64,000 nt of DNA from Candidatus Caldarchaeales archaeon (GTDB lineage: Archaea > Thermoproteota > Nitrososphaeria_A > Caldarchaeales > Calditenuaceae). The notes under the pieces are model-generated. The model had not been told where the DNA came from. It ran no database searches and saw only the letters and a program-made list of their open reading frames with translations. Numbering within the stretch: the first letter of the stretch is position 1; every line of letters starts with the position of its first letter. Below, one piece after another: positions 18,672-29,366 of the stretch. Location: assembly GCA_039630085.1 (NCBI GenBank), contig JBCNVM010000003.1, forward strand, positions 32,001 through 96,000. The letters run 5' to 3'. The position numbers and the translations under genes were made by a program.

Positions 18672-20861
18672 TCAGGCCTCCTCGATGTAGTCCTCGACCG
18701 CGGGGAGCTTCAGCGGCATCCCCTTCCTCTTCCTGATGTCGGCGACGACCTTCTCGAAGAGCGAGGCCGGCACCGGGCGCCAAGCGGCGAACTCCATGCC
18801 CCAGAAGGCCTTTCCCATCGTCGCGGCCCTCATCTGGTCCGCGAGGTCTCCGGCCTCTGCAGCGGGTATCTCGCCGATCACGGTCGTGACGTACTCGGTC
18901 TGGACGACGTTCGCGATCCTGCCGCGCCTGGAGGAGATGATGGAGGTCACCGCGCCCATGAAGTCCTGAGGTACCTTCACGTCGATCCTCATTATCGGCT
19001 CCAGCAGCGTCGGCTCAGCGGTCAGCATGCTCGCGTAGATGGACCTCCAGGTCGCGGGCGCAATCTGGGCTAGGCCCCTGTGGACCGGGTCCTCGTGGAG
19101 GTCGACGTTGACAAGGACCGCCTTGAGACCCCTGACCTTCTCGCCGGCGAGCGGACCCTCCTGGACGACCCTCTGGAACCCGCTCAGGATGTAGGCCTTC
19201 GTCTCGTGGAGGTACTGGGCGCCCTTGGTCATGTCGACGAAGATGTTCCCGTTCGGGTCGATCGACCAGACTCCCCTCGCCTCGTCCGAGTCCCACCCGT
19301 GGTCCCTCAGGATCTTCGCGATCGTCCTCCTGTCCATCTCCTCGAAGAGCTCTCCCCTCCTGATCAGCTCGACAACTTCGTCCTCGAGCTTCTCGACGTA
19401 GATGTAGATCCTGTTGTGCTTGTTGGGCGACTTGCCCTCGAAGACCTTCCCCCGCTTCAGCACCGACTCCCTGTAGAGGATGATCGGCTTGCCCGCGACT
19501 ACCTCCAGGCCGGCCTTCTGGATCCACGTCAGGGCGATCTCGAGGTGGAGGGTGCCCATTCCGCTGATCAGGTACTCCCCGGTCTCCGGGCGTATCGTCG
19601 TGACGAGGGTCGGGTCCTCGATCGTGAGCCTGTTCAGGAACTCGACGAGCTTCGGGAGGTCCCTGCTGTGCTTCGGCTCTATCGCGACCGTCACCACGGG
19701 GTCGGAGACGTACTTCAGCGACTCGAACGGCACCATGTCGATCGTCGAGATCGTGTCCCCGGCCCTCGAGTCCTCTATCCCCAGGAGGGCAGGAATGTTG
19801 CCCGCGGGGAGCTCGTTGACTATCTCCCTGTTCGGACCCATGTAGACCGTGACCTGCTGGACCCTCGACTCGATGTTCCTCCCCACCAGCTTGACGACGT
19901 CGCCGTCCCTGATGGTCCCGCTGAAGAGCCTGCCAGTCGCGACAACTCCCGCCTGCGGGTCGACCTTGACGTCCGTGACGATCATGACGGGGACGCCGGA
20001 GTCGTTGCACTCGATCATGTCCTTCCCGACCTCAGACTCGATGTCGCCCTTCCAGATCTTCGGGATCCTGTAGCGCTGCGCGACGTTGGGAGGCGGGTGG
20101 TTCCTGACGACCATCTCGAGAACGGCCTCGTGGAGGGGCAGGTTCTCCCTCAGCCAGTCCATGTTACCCTCGTTGAAGGCCCTGACGATGTCGCTGAACT
20201 TGATCCCCTTCCTCTGGGCCTGCTGGAGCGTGAAGCCCCACCTGTCCTTCGAGCTGCCCATCGCGACCGTCCCGGCCTGGAAGCTGACCTTCCACGCGTC
20301 CCTGTACTGGGGCTCCGCGTACATCTCGATCAGCCTGTTGACCTCCAGAACGATCCTACTGATGATCTCCTGTATCTTGTCCGGCGTCAGCCTGAGCTCC
20401 TTGATCAGCCTGTCGATCTTGTTGATGTAGAGGACGGGCCTGACCCTCTCCGCGAGGGCCTGCCTGATGACGGTCTCGGTCTGGGTCATCACGCCCTCCA
20501 CCGAGTCGACGACCACGATCGCGCCGTCGATCGCCCTGAGGGCCCTCGTCACCCTTCCGGAGAAGTCGACGTGGCCGGGCGTGTCGATGAGGTTGATCAC
20601 GAATGGCTTTCCGTCCATCTCGTAGTAGAGCGAGATGTTCGCGGCCTTTATCGTCATCTGCCTCTGCTGCTCCTCCTCGAGGTAGTCGAGGGCCAGAGCC
20701 CTCCCCGCGAGCGCCGGCGAGAGGAGGCCGGCCGCCGCCAGCAGCGAGTCGGTCGTCGTGGTCTTGCCGTGGTCGACGTGGGCTATGATCCCTATGTTCC
20801 TGATCTGCTCCTTGTTTCGCAGTATCTCCTTTACCTCCGAGATCTTCTTCACCCTAGGCAT
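18672..20861 (-). CDS. fusA: Translation elongation factor aEF-2
   Basis: AHVDHGKTT, DTPGHVDF, NKID, SPNKHNR and diphthamide loop LHEDPVHRG. Confidence 0.98.
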   Translation of the reverse strand: MPRVKKISEVKEILRNKEQIRNIGIIAHVDHGKTTTTDSLLAAAGLLSPALAGRALALDYLEEEQQRQMTIKAANISLYYEMDGKPFVINLIDTPGHVDFSGRVTRALRAIDGAIVVVDSVEGVMTQTETVIRQALAERVRPVLYINKIDRLIKELRLTPDKIQEIISRIVLEVNRLIEMYAEPQYRDAWKVSFQAGTVAMGSSKDRWGFTLQQAQRKGIKFSDIVRAFNEGNMDWLRENLPLHEAVLEMVVRNHPPPNVAQRYRIPKIWKGDIESEVGKDMIECNDSGVPVMIVTDVKVDPQAGVVATGRLFSGTIRDGDVVKLVGRNIESRVQQVTVYMGPNREIVNELPAGNIPALLGIEDSRAGDTISTIDMVPFESLKYVSDPVVTVAIEPKHSRDLPKLVEFLNRLTIEDPTLVTTIRPETGEYLISGMGTLHLEIALTWIQKAGLEVVAGKPIILYRESVLKRGKVFEGKSPNKHNRIYIYVEKLEDEVVELIRRGELFEEMDRRTIAKILRDHGWDSDEARGVWSIDPNGNIFVDMTKGAQYLHETKAYILSGFQRVVQEGPLAGEKVRGLKAVLVNVDLHEDPVHRGLAQIAPATWRSIYASMLTAEPTLLEPIMRIDVKVPQDFMGAVTSIISSRRGRIANVVQTEYVTTVIGEIPAAEAGDLADQMRAATMGKAFWGMEFAAWRPVPASLFEKVVADIRKRKGMPLKLPAVEDYIEEA

Positions 20862-20980
20862 CCCGCACCGCCGATCCTCCGCCCCGCTCACTTAAAAACT
20901 GAAGGACGATGTGTGGTGTGAGGGCTGGATGGCGTGAGGAGGTGAGTGCCGTCAGTTGTCCACCTTACCACTTCGCCGTT

Positions 20981-21055
20981 TAGCGGGGGGTGGATTTGAA
21001 CCACCGATCTCCGGGTTATGAGCCCGGCGGGTTAACCTGGCTACCCTACCCCGCT
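20981..21055 (-). tRNA. Initiator tRNA-Met(CAT)
   Basis: Reverse complement AGCGGGG...CCGGG-CTCATAA-CCCGG...CCCCGCTA; A1-U72 pair and three G-C pairs in the anticodon stem. Confidence 0.95.
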
Positions 21056-21641
21056 ACTCGTTCATTCGCGATCCCAGCATTTAAACTTCGCAAGCCGTTG
21101 CGCGTCGACAGGGCGACGTAAGAGTGAGACCATGCGCTCCGGCCGGAGAGGAGGCCCAGGCCCCGACGTACCACTCGGAGACCGGCTCGGGCCTCGAATT
21201 TCTCTTCCTGGCTCTCCCGAGCGGGCTCGGCGGGCCTCTTCTTACTGGCAAGCGTCCTGATGACGATGTGCCCGGCGATCTCCAAACCAGCGCTTTCTGT
21301 TGAGACGACACATGACATAACACCGAGCGATGGACTCTCGCCACATCAGCGCGAGCGGAACGCTTCCGGGTCTTGAACCGTTCTCATCCAGCGCACAGGT
21401 GAGGACGGGATCGCCGGCCGGCAGCGCGCCCCTTTTCAGATGACGGCCTCATGGGACTGGGTGAACTTTCGCATGGTCCGCCACCTTCGCTAAACGGATG
21501 TCCAATCGCTATAACTTCATTTGTCAATCAAAATGCGGATTTAATGTGATTAGATCGCGGTAATGAAGGATGACTAGATTCAAACGTATTTCATACGGGC
21601 GCCTCCTTTGAATTTTGTCCACTATCCCGAGAAATTAAACA

Positions 21642-21661
21642 GTATCACAGATCTGTGATAC
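21642..21661. promoter_or_regulatory. Perfect 20-bp palindrome, candidate operator of the glutamate synthase operon
   Basis: GTATCACAGATCTGTGATAC in an AT-rich block just upstream of a TATA-like taatatat. Confidence 0.6.
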
Positions 21662-21752
21662 AATTCGGCAAGACTAATATATCGACAAAGACCGGCGGCG
21701 CGGCAGCGAGGCATAAGGACGCCCAAATTGCGGCGGGAGGTGTCTGTCGGCC

Positions 21753-23045
21753 ATGAGAACAGCCGTCTCCCTGTCGGAGGGACGGACGGTCATTAACAGT
21801 TACCTGAGGCTTCCTAAGAAGGACACGATCGAGTTCTGGAACGACAACCGTATAATGCATATTAGAGCTTTGGCGACAACTGGAAAGCCGCAATACGTCT
21901 GGGACCCATGCAAGGAGGGGTCGCGGAGGGTCCTCGACAAGGTGAGGTTCAGGGCGGAGCTCGAGGAACGCGGGGGCCGAGTGGACGCGACGGAGCCCGG
22001 CGACGAAGCGGACGTCTCGGTCGAGATCGGGTACGGGAGGATCTGGATGGCGGCCCCCCTCTACCTCGGCGACATGTCGTTCGGCGCGCTGAGCGGCGTC
22101 CCGAACGTCGCGCTAGCGAGGGCCGCGGACGAGACCGGCACCCTCTGCGGCATCGGAGAGGGAGGAGTCCACCCGGACGTAGGGAGGTGCAGGAGGATCC
22201 TCGTCCAGTGGGCCTCGGCGAGGTTCGGGCTGGACTTGGGAGCGATCAGGCTCGGGATGGGCACGGTCATCAAGATCGGACAGGGTGCGAAGCCGGGGAT
22301 AGGAGGACACCTGCCCGGGACCAAGGTCGTGGATGTCATCTCGAGGACGAGGAGGATCCCGGTCGGGGTCGACGCGATCTCTCCTGCGCCTCACCATGAC
22401 ATCTACTCGATCGAGGACCTAGAGCAGAGGATCTGGGCCCTGAAGGAGGCTACGGGCAAGCCGGTCTTCGTGAAGGTCGCCGCGACCAATTACGTCCCCT
22501 ACGTCGCCGCCGGAGTCGCGCGGATGGGCGCCGACGGGATCATCATCGACGGCCACGGCGCGGGGACCGGTGCGGCTCCGTGGGTCGTGAGGGACAACGT
22601 CGGCATACCGATAGAGCTCGCGGTCGCCTCCGTGGACAGGATGCTGAGGAGGGAGGGGATGAGGGACGGCTTCACGGTCATCGCGGCGGGGAGGGTCAGC
22701 AGCGCTGAGGACACCGCGAAGCTGATCGCGCTCGGGGCCGACTGCGCCTCGATAGCCACCGCCGCGCTGATCGCGATGGGCTGCGTCATGGTCCACAAGT
22801 GCCACCTGGGCTTCTGTCCCGCGGTCCTGACCAACAAGATAGAGGACGACCCGAGGAAGGTTCTCTCGCTCGAGGTGGCGACGAGATGGGTAGTGAACCT
22901 GATCAGGGGTTGGTCGGCGGAGCTGAAGCTGATCCTCGAGAGGCTCGGGGTGGACAGCGTGAGGGAGCTGGTCGGGAGGAGGGATCTGCTGGTCGCCGAC
23001 GGCGTCTCAGAGGACGCGAGGAGGGCGATGGGCCTCGAGGGATGA
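21753..23045 (+). CDS. gltB: Glutamate synthase FMN-binding domain (GltB2-like)
   Basis: [39 protein letters not shown] and CxxxxxCHLGFCP [3Fe-4S] motifs. Confidence 0.93.
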   Translation: MRTAVSLSEGRTVINSYLRLPKKDTIEFWNDNRIMHIRALATTGKPQYVWDPCKEGSRRVLDKVRFRAELEERGGRVDATEPGDEADVSVEIGYGRIWMAAPLYLGDMSFGALSGVPNVALARAADETGTLCGIGEGGVHPDVGRCRRILVQWASARFGLDLGAIRLGMGTVIKIGQGAKPGIGGHLPGTKVVDVISRTRRIPVGVDAISPAPHHDIYSIEDLEQRIWALKEATGKPVFVKVAATNYVPYVAAGVARMGADGIIIDGHGAGTGAAPWVVRDNVGIPIELAVASVDRMLRREGMRDGFTVIAAGRVSSAEDTAKLIALGADCASIATAALIAMGCVMVHKCHLGFCPAVLTNKIEDDPRKVLSLEVATRWVVNLIRGWSAELKLILERLGVDSVRELVGRRDLLVADGVSEDARRAMGLEG

Positions 23046-24060
23046 GGTCTGGACGAAGGAGCTCACGTCGAGGCTCAGGCAGCTTTCCGGGGCCGAAGGC
23101 AGGGTGCCCGGCGAGCCCCCGATCGTCAGCATGGGCTCGACCGCACCGCCCACAGTCGACGAACCCAAGTTCATCGTCGACCACATCGTCTCGGACGGCG
23201 CCCAAGTGACCAGGCCCAGCATAGACCCGTACAGGGAACCTGTCGAGACGCACCTCCACCTCTTCGGCGGATTCGTGAGGCTCTCGATGCCTGTCGCGGT
23301 CGGGGGACTCGCGGAGCTGAAGGCCGATGAGGTCTCAGCGGTAGTGAAGGCCTGCTACAGGATGGGCGTCCTCGCCGACCTCCACGGCCTCAGGGAGATC
23401 CCCGAGGAGGCTGTCAGGAGGGGGTCCCACGTCATAGCCCCGCTCGACGCGGTCGACTCGGGAGGCTTCGTCGCGGTCCAGGTGACTATCGGAGGCCCCG
23501 AGGCCCTGAGCGGGATCTCCGGCGCTCTGCCCCTCGGCCGGAGGCCGGTGGTCGCGAGGGTGCCGCCCCTGGAGGACTTAGAGTTCTATAAGAGCCTCAG
23601 CGCAGCCGGCTTCAGCGGGATAATCGTCGACGAGGAGATCGGTCACCGGGACGCGGTGGAGCTCGAGGTGGCGACTTCGGCGTGCGACAGGGCCCTGAAG
23701 GTCCCCGGGCCCGACGGGCTTCCTTTGAGGAACCGCGTGAACCTCATGGTCTCCTCGGAGAGGATCAGGTCCTCGGCCGACGCGTTCAAGCTGATCGGGC
23801 TGGGAGCGGAGGTTGTCGCGCTCACGAGGTGCTGGAAGGTCGCGGTCGACTACAGCCCGGGGACTAACGTGTCCCAGTTGGCGGAGAGGTTGGAATATTT
23901 CCTGGTCGGCGTGCAGAAGGAGCTCAAGCTGCTCGCCGGAGCCGCGGGGGTTAGCTCGCTCTGGACCTCGCTGACCGGGTCGAGGGAGCTCTTCAGGTCC
24001 ATCGAGCTCGACAGGTCCGTCAGGCTGAAGCTGGGGGTGAAGTCCGCGGGTGAGTGGTGA
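23041..24060 (+). CDS. Second, degenerate glutamate-synthase-like domain; probably a frameshifted continuation of the upstream ORF
   Basis: [28 protein letters not shown] and [10 protein letters not shown] motifs. The frame is open with protein-like sequence from 23041; the first start codon is GTG 23104. Confidence 0.7.
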   Translation, partial: DEVWTKELTSRLRQLSGAEGRVPGEPPIVSMGSTAPPTVDEPKFIVDHIVSDGAQVTRPSIDPYREPVETHLHLFGGFVRLSMPVAVGGLAELKADEVSAVVKACYRMGVLADLHGLREIPEEAVRRGSHVIAPLDAVDSGGFVAVQVTIGGPEALSGISGALPLGRRPVVARVPPLEDLEFYKSLSAAGFSGIIVDEEIGHRDAVELEVATSACDRALKVPGPDGLPLRNRVNLMVSSERIRSSADAFKLIGLGAEVVALTRCWKVAVDYSPGTNVSQLAERLEYFLVGVQKELKLLAGAAGVSSLWTSLTGSRELFRSIELDRSVRLKLGVKSAGEW

Positions 24061-26131
24061 GCCGATCGAGCTCTCCCACGTCAAGTCCGGATGCGGGGTC
24101 TTCGGCGTCCTGAGGAAGAGGGGGGCCCCGCCCATCGGCCCCGAGGTCGCGCTGACGGGGATAGAGTGCGTCAAGTACAGGGGGAGCAGGTTCGGAGCGG
24201 GCTTCGGGCTCGTCAAGTTGGGCCAGCGCAGGAGGAGGATCAAGGCCTTTGCTGCATCGGAGGAGGTCGCGGAGGAGCTGAGGGAGGAGCTCCGGAGGAG
24301 GGTGGGCGAAGTCGAGCCGATCGGGCAGGAGTACGCCTCCGACGGGAGGGTCTACGCTTCCTACGCCTTCGAGCTCGCCGACGACCCCGGAGAGGGGCAG
24401 CTGAGGAGGGCAGTCAACGAGGTCAACCGGGCCTTCTCGAGGCCGAACCTGAGGGCGAGGGTCTACTCCTGGGGAAGACACGTCGAGGTCTTCAAGGGCG
24501 TGGGGTACCCCTCGGACGTCTACGAGCTCTACTCGCTGGGCGAGCGCGTGGAGGCCGCCGACGTCTGGGTATCCCACACGAGGCAGCCGACGAACTCCCC
24601 GGGAAGGCTCCCGATCTGGTCCCACCCGTTCTCCTCTGGCGAGTGGGCGATCGTCCACAACGGCGACGTCAGTTCCTTCGGCGCCAACATGGAGTTCCTC
24701 TCGGCGCTCGGCGTCGACAGCTTCGTCGGGACAGACAGCGAGGTCATCGCGCTCCTGCTCGACTACCTCACGTCGGAGGTCGGGATCGGACTCGAGGAGG
24801 CCTGCAGGGCCCTCGTCAACCCCTTCGAGTCCTCAAGGGACGGACTGCCGGTTCAGCGGCTCAGCGCCCTCAGGGGCTCCCAGCTCGACGGCCCCTTCTC
24901 GGTCGTCGCGGGCTTCTCCGACGGCACCGAGGCCTACATGGTCGTGCTCGTGGACCGGTTCAAGTTCAGGCCGCTCGTGGTCGGCGAGGACGAGCACTAC
25001 GTCTACGCGGCGAGCGAGGAGGCCCAGATCAGGCTCGTCTCCCCCGACGCGAGGGTCTGGACGGTCGAGCCGGGCGGGTACATGATCGCCTCGACCGGGA
25101 GGGGCGTGATCAGGCACGGGAGAAGGGCCGTGGAACTCTTCACGAGGTTCAGCTCGACCGTGAGGCCTCCGAGCCCCTCGGGGGTCGTGATAGACGCGCT
25201 CGGGCTCAGCTACGCCAAGATCAACGCGACGCTGAGGGAGCTGGCGGCGCAGGGACACCCGGAGGTGAGCCTGCTCAACGTCTCCGGCCAGAGGTACATC
25301 GGAGTGGGCGTCGACAGGCCGATCAGGGTCAAGGTCTACGGGACGCCCGGCAACTGCCTCGCGAACCTGAACGACTGCGTCGACTTCGAGGTCTTCGGCT
25401 CCGTGCAGGACGACGTCGCTGACGTGATGCACGGCGGGAGCGTCGTGGTCCACGGCGACGCGAGGGACGTGTTGGGCCAGGCGCTGCAGGGCGGGCACGT
25501 CTTCGTCAGGGGCAACGCGGGGAACAGGTGCGGGATCCAGATGAGGGAGTACGCGCACAAGAGGCCGTATCGGGTGGGCGGCAGGGTCGACGACTACCTC
25601 GGCGAGTACATGGCCGGAGGCGTGGCGGTGGTGCTCGGTATGGGCTACGTCGAGGGCGGGATCGTTCCGGTGGGCAGGTTCGTGGGCTCGGGGATGGTCG
25701 GGGGCAGGATCCTGGTCAGGGGAGAAGTCCCGAGGGACATGATAGGCTACCTCCCGCCGAGGGAGGACGTGATCCAGTACCTGAGGGGCCTCCTGCTGGA
25801 CGGCGATCTGGACCAGGACACCTACCGGAGGCTCGCCTCAGAGCCGCACCTGGACTACGACGCGCTCAGGGCGATCTTGCCCCAAGACCTCCTCAAGCGG
25901 GTCGCGAAGCTCTTCGAGCACAAGTACTTCCGGAGGCTGAAGGTCGAGCGGATCTCGCTCGACGATGAAGGGTTCGCGGAAATCAGGTCGGTCCTGGAGG
26001 AGTTCGGGAGGAAGTTCTCGATCGAGCGCGAGGTCAGAGCGGCCCTCGCGGAGGACTTCACGCTAGTCGAACCGCACCGCGACGCGAGAGCCGCGACTCC
26101 GAGAGCCGAGGAACCGAAGGAGGAGGGATGA
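24050..26131 (+). CDS. Glutamate synthase amidotransferase domain fused to GXGXG domain (GltB1+GltB3)
   Basis: Ntn Cys in CGVFG, HTRQPTNS, HPF, HNGD, TDSE, FRPL, and repeated GxxG motifs (GEYMAGG). Confidence 0.9.
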   Translation: MSGEPIELSHVKSGCGVFGVLRKRGAPPIGPEVALTGIECVKYRGSRFGAGFGLVKLGQRRRRIKAFAASEEVAEELREELRRRVGEVEPIGQEYASDGRVYASYAFELADDPGEGQLRRAVNEVNRAFSRPNLRARVYSWGRHVEVFKGVGYPSDVYELYSLGERVEAADVWVSHTRQPTNSPGRLPIWSHPFSSGEWAIVHNGDVSSFGANMEFLSALGVDSFVGTDSEVIALLLDYLTSEVGIGLEEACRALVNPFESSRDGLPVQRLSALRGSQLDGPFSVVAGFSDGTEAYMVVLVDRFKFRPLVVGEDEHYVYAASEEAQIRLVSPDARVWTVEPGGYMIASTGRGVIRHGRRAVELFTRFSSTVRPPSPSGVVIDALGLSYAKINATLRELAAQGHPEVSLLNVSGQRYIGVGVDRPIRVKVYGTPGNCLANLNDCVDFEVFGSVQDDVADVMHGGSVVVHGDARDVLGQALQGGHVFVRGNAGNRCGIQMREYAHKRPYRVGGRVDDYLGEYMAGGVAVVLGMGYVEGGIVPVGRFVGSGMVGGRILVRGEVPRDMIGYLPPREDVIQYLRGLLLDGDLDQDTYRRLASEPHLDYDALRAILPQDLLKRVAKLFEHKYFRRLKVERISLDDEGFAEIRSVLEEFGRKFSIEREVRAALAEDFTLVEPHRDARAATPRAEEPKEEG

Positions 26132-26172
26132 CGGGGAAGTTCCTTAAGTGATACCGTGAAGCTTCGCGGGAT

Positions 26173-26472
26173 GTGGCCGAGATCAACGGGATTTCAACGG
26201 TTAAGTGCGGACCTTTCGGATGTCACGCCGTGAACGGAGCTAAGCTCGGGCTGGTGCTCTCATTCGCGGGGATCGCCCTCTCGCTGGGGCCCGTGCTCTC
26301 GGGAGCGATGCTCTTCCACGCCGGACTCCACGGCCTCTACGAGCTCATAATCGTCGGGAACGCCTCGACGCTCCAGGTCCCCCTGTCTCTCTTCCTCTCG
26401 CTGCTCGCGGCTCCGCTTACGCTGGTCGGGCTCTGGGTTTTCAGGAAGGGCGTCAGGGAGAACGGGAGCTAG
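26173..26472 (+). CDS. Small membrane protein
   Basis: Two hydrophobic helices; the start may lie further downstream. Confidence 0.5.
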   Translation: MAEINGISTVKCGPFGCHAVNGAKLGLVLSFAGIALSLGPVLSGAMLFHAGLHGLYELIIVGNASTLQVPLSLFLSLLAAPLTLVGLWVFRKGVRENGS

Positions 26473-27590
26473 GCCTCTCTGGCCAGCTCGACGGCCCTCC
26501 TCGCGGCCTCCTCCATCGACCTGAAGTACTCGTAACCGTTCTCCTTAAGGATCCTCTGGCCCTCCTCCTCCCGCGTCCCGACGAGCCTCACGACGAGCCT
26601 CACGTCCCTCCCGGACGACCTGAGGGCCTTCACCAGCCCCGTCGCCACCTCGTCGCAGCGCGTTATCCCTCCCAGCACGTTGACGAAGACGACCTTCACC
26701 GACTCCTTCGAGAGGAGCAGGCTCACAGCGCTCTCGACCCTCTTCGCGTCCGCGCCTCCCCCGATGTCGAGGAAGTTCGCGGGACGGCCTCCGTAGTGCT
26801 TGACTAGGTCCATCGTCGCCATAGTGAGGCCGGCGCCGTTGCAGATGACCCCGATGTTCCCGTCGAGCTCGACGTAGCTGAACCCCAGCTCCCTTGCGAC
26901 CTCCTCGAGGTCTCTCTCCCTCTCGAACCTGAGGCCGTTGACGCGGGCGAAGTTGTCGTCGACGATCACCTTCGCGTCCAGAGCGAGAAGCCTGCCGTCC
27001 CCGGTGATGGCGAGGGGGTTGATCTCCGCCAGCTCGCACCCGTAGTCAGCGTAGAGCGAATGAAGGCCCCGCAGGGTCCTCGAGAACTCCCCGGCGAGCT
27101 CGCCCGGCACACCGAGGAAGGAGATCGCCTTCCTCACGTGGTAGTCCCTGATCCCGACGAGCGGGCTGAGCGTCAACCTCAGTATCCTGTCGGGGTGGGT
27201 CGCCGCGATCTCCTCGATGTCGACTCCGCCCATCGGCGAGGCGAGGAGGACGTGGCCCCTATGAGTCCTGTCGATCGTCAGCGAGAGGTAGAGCTCCCTA
27301 GAGATCCTCACCAGCTCCGCGACCAGCAGCCTCTTGACGGCCTCGCCCCTTATCCGCATCGAGAGGAGCTCCCTCGCGACCGCCTCGGCCTCCTCCGGCG
27401 ACCTCACCGGCCTTATCCCGCCCGCTTTGCCCCTTCCGCCCACGAGGACCTGCGCCTTGAGGACCGCCCGACCGCCCAACTGCTCGACCGCTCTCCTCGC
27501 CTCCTCAGGCGTCGACGCGAGGAAGGACTTCGGCGCCGGAACGCCGTACCTGTTGAAGAGCTCGACCGCCTCGTGCTCGTAAAGCTTCAT
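26469..27590 (-). CDS. sucC: Succinyl-CoA synthetase beta subunit (or related ADP-forming ligase)
   Basis: KAQVLVGGRGKAGG, EINPL, NGAGLTMATMD, PANFLDIGGG and GGITRCD motifs. Confidence 0.93.
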   Translation of the reverse strand: MKLYEHEAVELFNRYGVPAPKSFLASTPEEARRAVEQLGGRAVLKAQVLVGGRGKAGGIRPVRSPEEAEAVARELLSMRIRGEAVKRLLVAELVRISRELYLSLTIDRTHRGHVLLASPMGGVDIEEIAATHPDRILRLTLSPLVGIRDYHVRKAISFLGVPGELAGEFSRTLRGLHSLYADYGCELAEINPLAITGDGRLLALDAKVIVDDNFARVNGLRFERERDLEEVARELGFSYVELDGNIGVICNGAGLTMATMDLVKHYGGRPANFLDIGGGADAKRVESAVSLLLSKESVKVVFVNVLGGITRCDEVATGLVKALRSSGRDVRLVVRLVGTREEEGQRILKENGYEYFRSMEEAARRAVELAREA

Positions 27591-27691
27591 TCACAGCTCC
27601 GCACCTACCTCGGTTAATAACCATACGCGCCAACGGCTCCGCCTCCGCGGCTCGGTGCGATCCTTAAAGCCGGGGACGGCCTCCTCGCGGC

Positions 27692-28471
27692 GTGGTAGAG
27701 GTCCACGTATGCGTGAAGGAGAGCGTGGACGTCTCGAGCCTCGAGCACGACCCGAGGACCCTGAGCCCGCTGCTGGAGAAGGCGCAGAGGAAGGCCGGAG
27801 ACTTCGAGATGAACGCCCTCGAGGAGGCGGTGAGGATCAAGGAGAGGTACGGCGGCGTCGTGAAGATCCTCTCGGTGGGGCCTGCGGTCCAGACGATCAC
27901 GCTGAGGGAGGCGCTCGCGATCGGTGCGGACGAGGCCTACGTCGTTTCGTCCCCGGAGCTGAGGGACGCTGATCCGTGGGTCCTCGCGAACGTGCTGGCC
28001 GCGCTCTCGAGGAGGGCCGGGAAGGCCGACGTGATCCTCTGCGGCGAGGCCTCGGTCGACGAGAGCAACTACCAGGTGGGCCCCAGGATCGCGGAGGATC
28101 TCGGAATACCCTCGCTGACCCACGTCTCGAGGCTGGAGTTGAGCGACGGGAAGGCGACCGCCCAGAGGTCCCTCGAGGACAGGGTCGAGGTCGTGGAAGT
28201 CCAGCTGCCGGCCGTCTTCACCGTCGGCCTCGAGATCAACACGCCCAGGCTCCCGAGCCTCCTGATGATACGGGCCTCAGCCAAGAAACCGATCCATCAG
28301 GTCCAGCTCAGCGAACTCGGGCTCCCGAGGGAGAAGCTCACGCCGAAGGTGAGGACGACCACCATCAAGGTGATGAGGACGGAGAGGAAGAGGGTAGTGC
28401 TGGAGGGGAAGCCCGACGAGGTCGCCGAGAAGCTGATCGCGAGCCTCAGGAGCGAGGGCGTCCTCAGGTGA
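27692..28471 (+). CDS. etfB: Electron transfer flavoprotein beta subunit
   Basis: VCVK, ALEEAVRIKE, ALAIGAD, CGEASVD...QVGP and NTPRLPSL motifs. Confidence 0.92.
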   Translation: MVEVHVCVKESVDVSSLEHDPRTLSPLLEKAQRKAGDFEMNALEEAVRIKERYGGVVKILSVGPAVQTITLREALAIGADEAYVVSSPELRDADPWVLANVLAALSRRAGKADVILCGEASVDESNYQVGPRIAEDLGIPSLTHVSRLELSDGKATAQRSLEDRVEVVEVQLPAVFTVGLEINTPRLPSLLMIRASAKKPIHQVQLSELGLPREKLTPKVRTTTIKVMRTERKRVVLEGKPDEVAEKLIASLRSEGVLR

Positions 28472-28586
28472 GCTCGGGCCTCCTCGTGGCCCTGAGGTAT
28501 TCGTAGACGACGTAAAGGACCATCCCCAGCGCGAAGGAGAGGAAGGCGTAGCTGTAGAACGCGTCGAACATCTGCTCCCACGTCAT
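28464..28586 (-). CDS. Small single-TM protein
   Basis: MTWEQMFDAFYSYAFLSFALGMVLYVVYEYLR; start reassigned. Confidence 0.4.
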   Translation of the reverse strand: MTWEQMFDAFYSYAFLSFALGMVLYVVYEYLRATRRPELT

Positions 28587-28710
28587 CGGGTCTTCCCCCG
28601 AGAGCCCACTTATCACCGTATCCCCGGCCGCAATCCCACACAGAAACCCCTCGGGTCCGACGGGTCTCGTCAGGCTGATATTCTCGGCGGCCCGGTCGGC
28701 GGCCAAAGGC

Positions 28711-29325
28711 ATGGAGCTTCAGGTGGAGACGCTTGTCGTCGGACCTCTGAGCACAAACTGCTACGTCGTCTCGAGCGGAGGGGAGGCCCTCATCGTTGAC
28801 CCGGGCTGGGAGGCGGAGAGGGTCCTGAGGGCGGTCAGCGGGATGGAGGTGGTGGGAATAGTCGCAACGCACGGCCACTTCGACCACGTCGGCGCGGTCG
28901 AGGAGCTGAGGAGGAGGCTCGGGGCCGAGTTCGCGATCCACCGGCTCGACGAGGGGATGCTCGACGCGGCGGTCGCCATCGGCGAGAGGTTCGGGGTGAA
29001 GTTCGAGAGGCCCAAGCCCGACCGACATATCGAGGAGGGCGACAGAATCCAGCTGGGAGGAGTTCAGATCGAGGTGATCCACACTCCAGGCCACAGCCCT
29101 GGGAGCGTCTGCCTCCGCGCGGGGTTCACCCTCTTCAGCGGCGACACGCTCTTCATGGGGTCCGTGGGGAGGACGGACATCGCCGGCGGGAGCTTCGAGC
29201 ACCTCGAGCGGTCAATCAGGACAAAGCTCTACGTCCTCGACGACGCGACCGTCGTCTACCCGGGTCACGGCCCCGCGACGACGATCGGATTCGAGAAGCG
29301 CCACAACCCGTTCGTGAGGCCCTGA
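28711..29325 (+). CDS. MBL-fold hydrolase (glyoxalase II-like)
   Basis: THGHFDHVG, HTPGHSPG, FSGDTLF and YPGHG motifs. Confidence 0.92.
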   Translation: MELQVETLVVGPLSTNCYVVSSGGEALIVDPGWEAERVLRAVSGMEVVGIVATHGHFDHVGAVEELRRRLGAEFAIHRLDEGMLDAAVAIGERFGVKFERPKPDRHIEEGDRIQLGGVQIEVIHTPGHSPGSVCLRAGFTLFSGDTLFMGSVGRTDIAGGSFEHLERSIRTKLYVLDDATVVYPGHGPATTIGFEKRHNPFVRP

Positions 29326-29366
29326 GGCAACGCTTTTAGCGCGGGCGCCCGGCAAAGATTTCCGAA

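Noticed and set aside
19080-20921. 613-aa plus-strand ORF
   Set aside because: Antisense shadow of aEF-2 with no motifs.
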